The position numbers and the translations under genes are program-made. Shown in pieces: positions 63,712 through 64,000 of a DNA stretch of 64,000 nt (within the stretch, counting starts at the first letter, position 1; each line of letters starts with the position of its first letter). The notes beneath the pieces are model-generated. The model did no database searches. It worked only from the letters and a program-made list of their open reading frames with translations, and was not told where the DNA came from. The stretch covers positions 19,229,045 to 19,293,044 of the forward strand of contig NC_092680.1 in the NCBI RefSeq assembly GCF_964355755.1. Direction: 5' to 3'. The stretch is from Antedon mediterranea. Lineage: Eukaryota > Animalia > Echinodermata.

Positions 63712-64000
63712 GTAAGTATATCCGTATTCACACAAATTTTATTTGTTTACAAATTTTTTATTTTTTTTAAATACTTAATGTAGATTTGTGTCATTTGATT
63801 GGAGGATTGTGTGTCATACAAGATACAAGATAACTTTATTGTCAAATAGTTCAACGAAAGATTTTAAATTGTTTTTTCTCATGGCAACTTAATATATAAA
63901 ATAGAATAAAATCAGTAAAATGTTAAAACACAAAGTAAAATGCACAGTACAGTAAAATATGTACAGATTAAAATGCATATGGTATTCAATAACTACTAAC

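Overview
AT-rich, intron-containing animal genomic DNA. The Deu-type SINEs, TAGGCCTA-rich tracts and gene content suggest an invertebrate deuterostome, most likely an echinoderm (inference). All gene models were built by hand from GT-AG sites and frame checks. Contents in order: (1) a two-exon TCF21/musculin (MyoR) bHLH gene; (2) a tandem cluster of two Roc-COR GTPase genes plus a decayed third copy, whose G-domain is split between G2 and G3 by a ~370-aa insert with about 10 putative transmembrane helices (the most unusual system here); (3) a PR/SET (PRDM-like) gene with ~28 zinc fingers, 15 of them C2HC; (4) a four-exon secreted phospholipase A2 on the minus strand; (5) the 5' part of a giant ABCA transporter (40 exons, ~2,080 aa, running off the window), whose first extracellular domain is made of at least 9 tandem four-exon repeats with an inserted WAP-domain exon. 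Introns carry a 37-bp minisatellite, Harbinger-, Kolobok- and P-like MITEs, DeuSINEs, LINE 3' ends and Penelope-type remnants with degenerate hammerhead ribozyme motifs.
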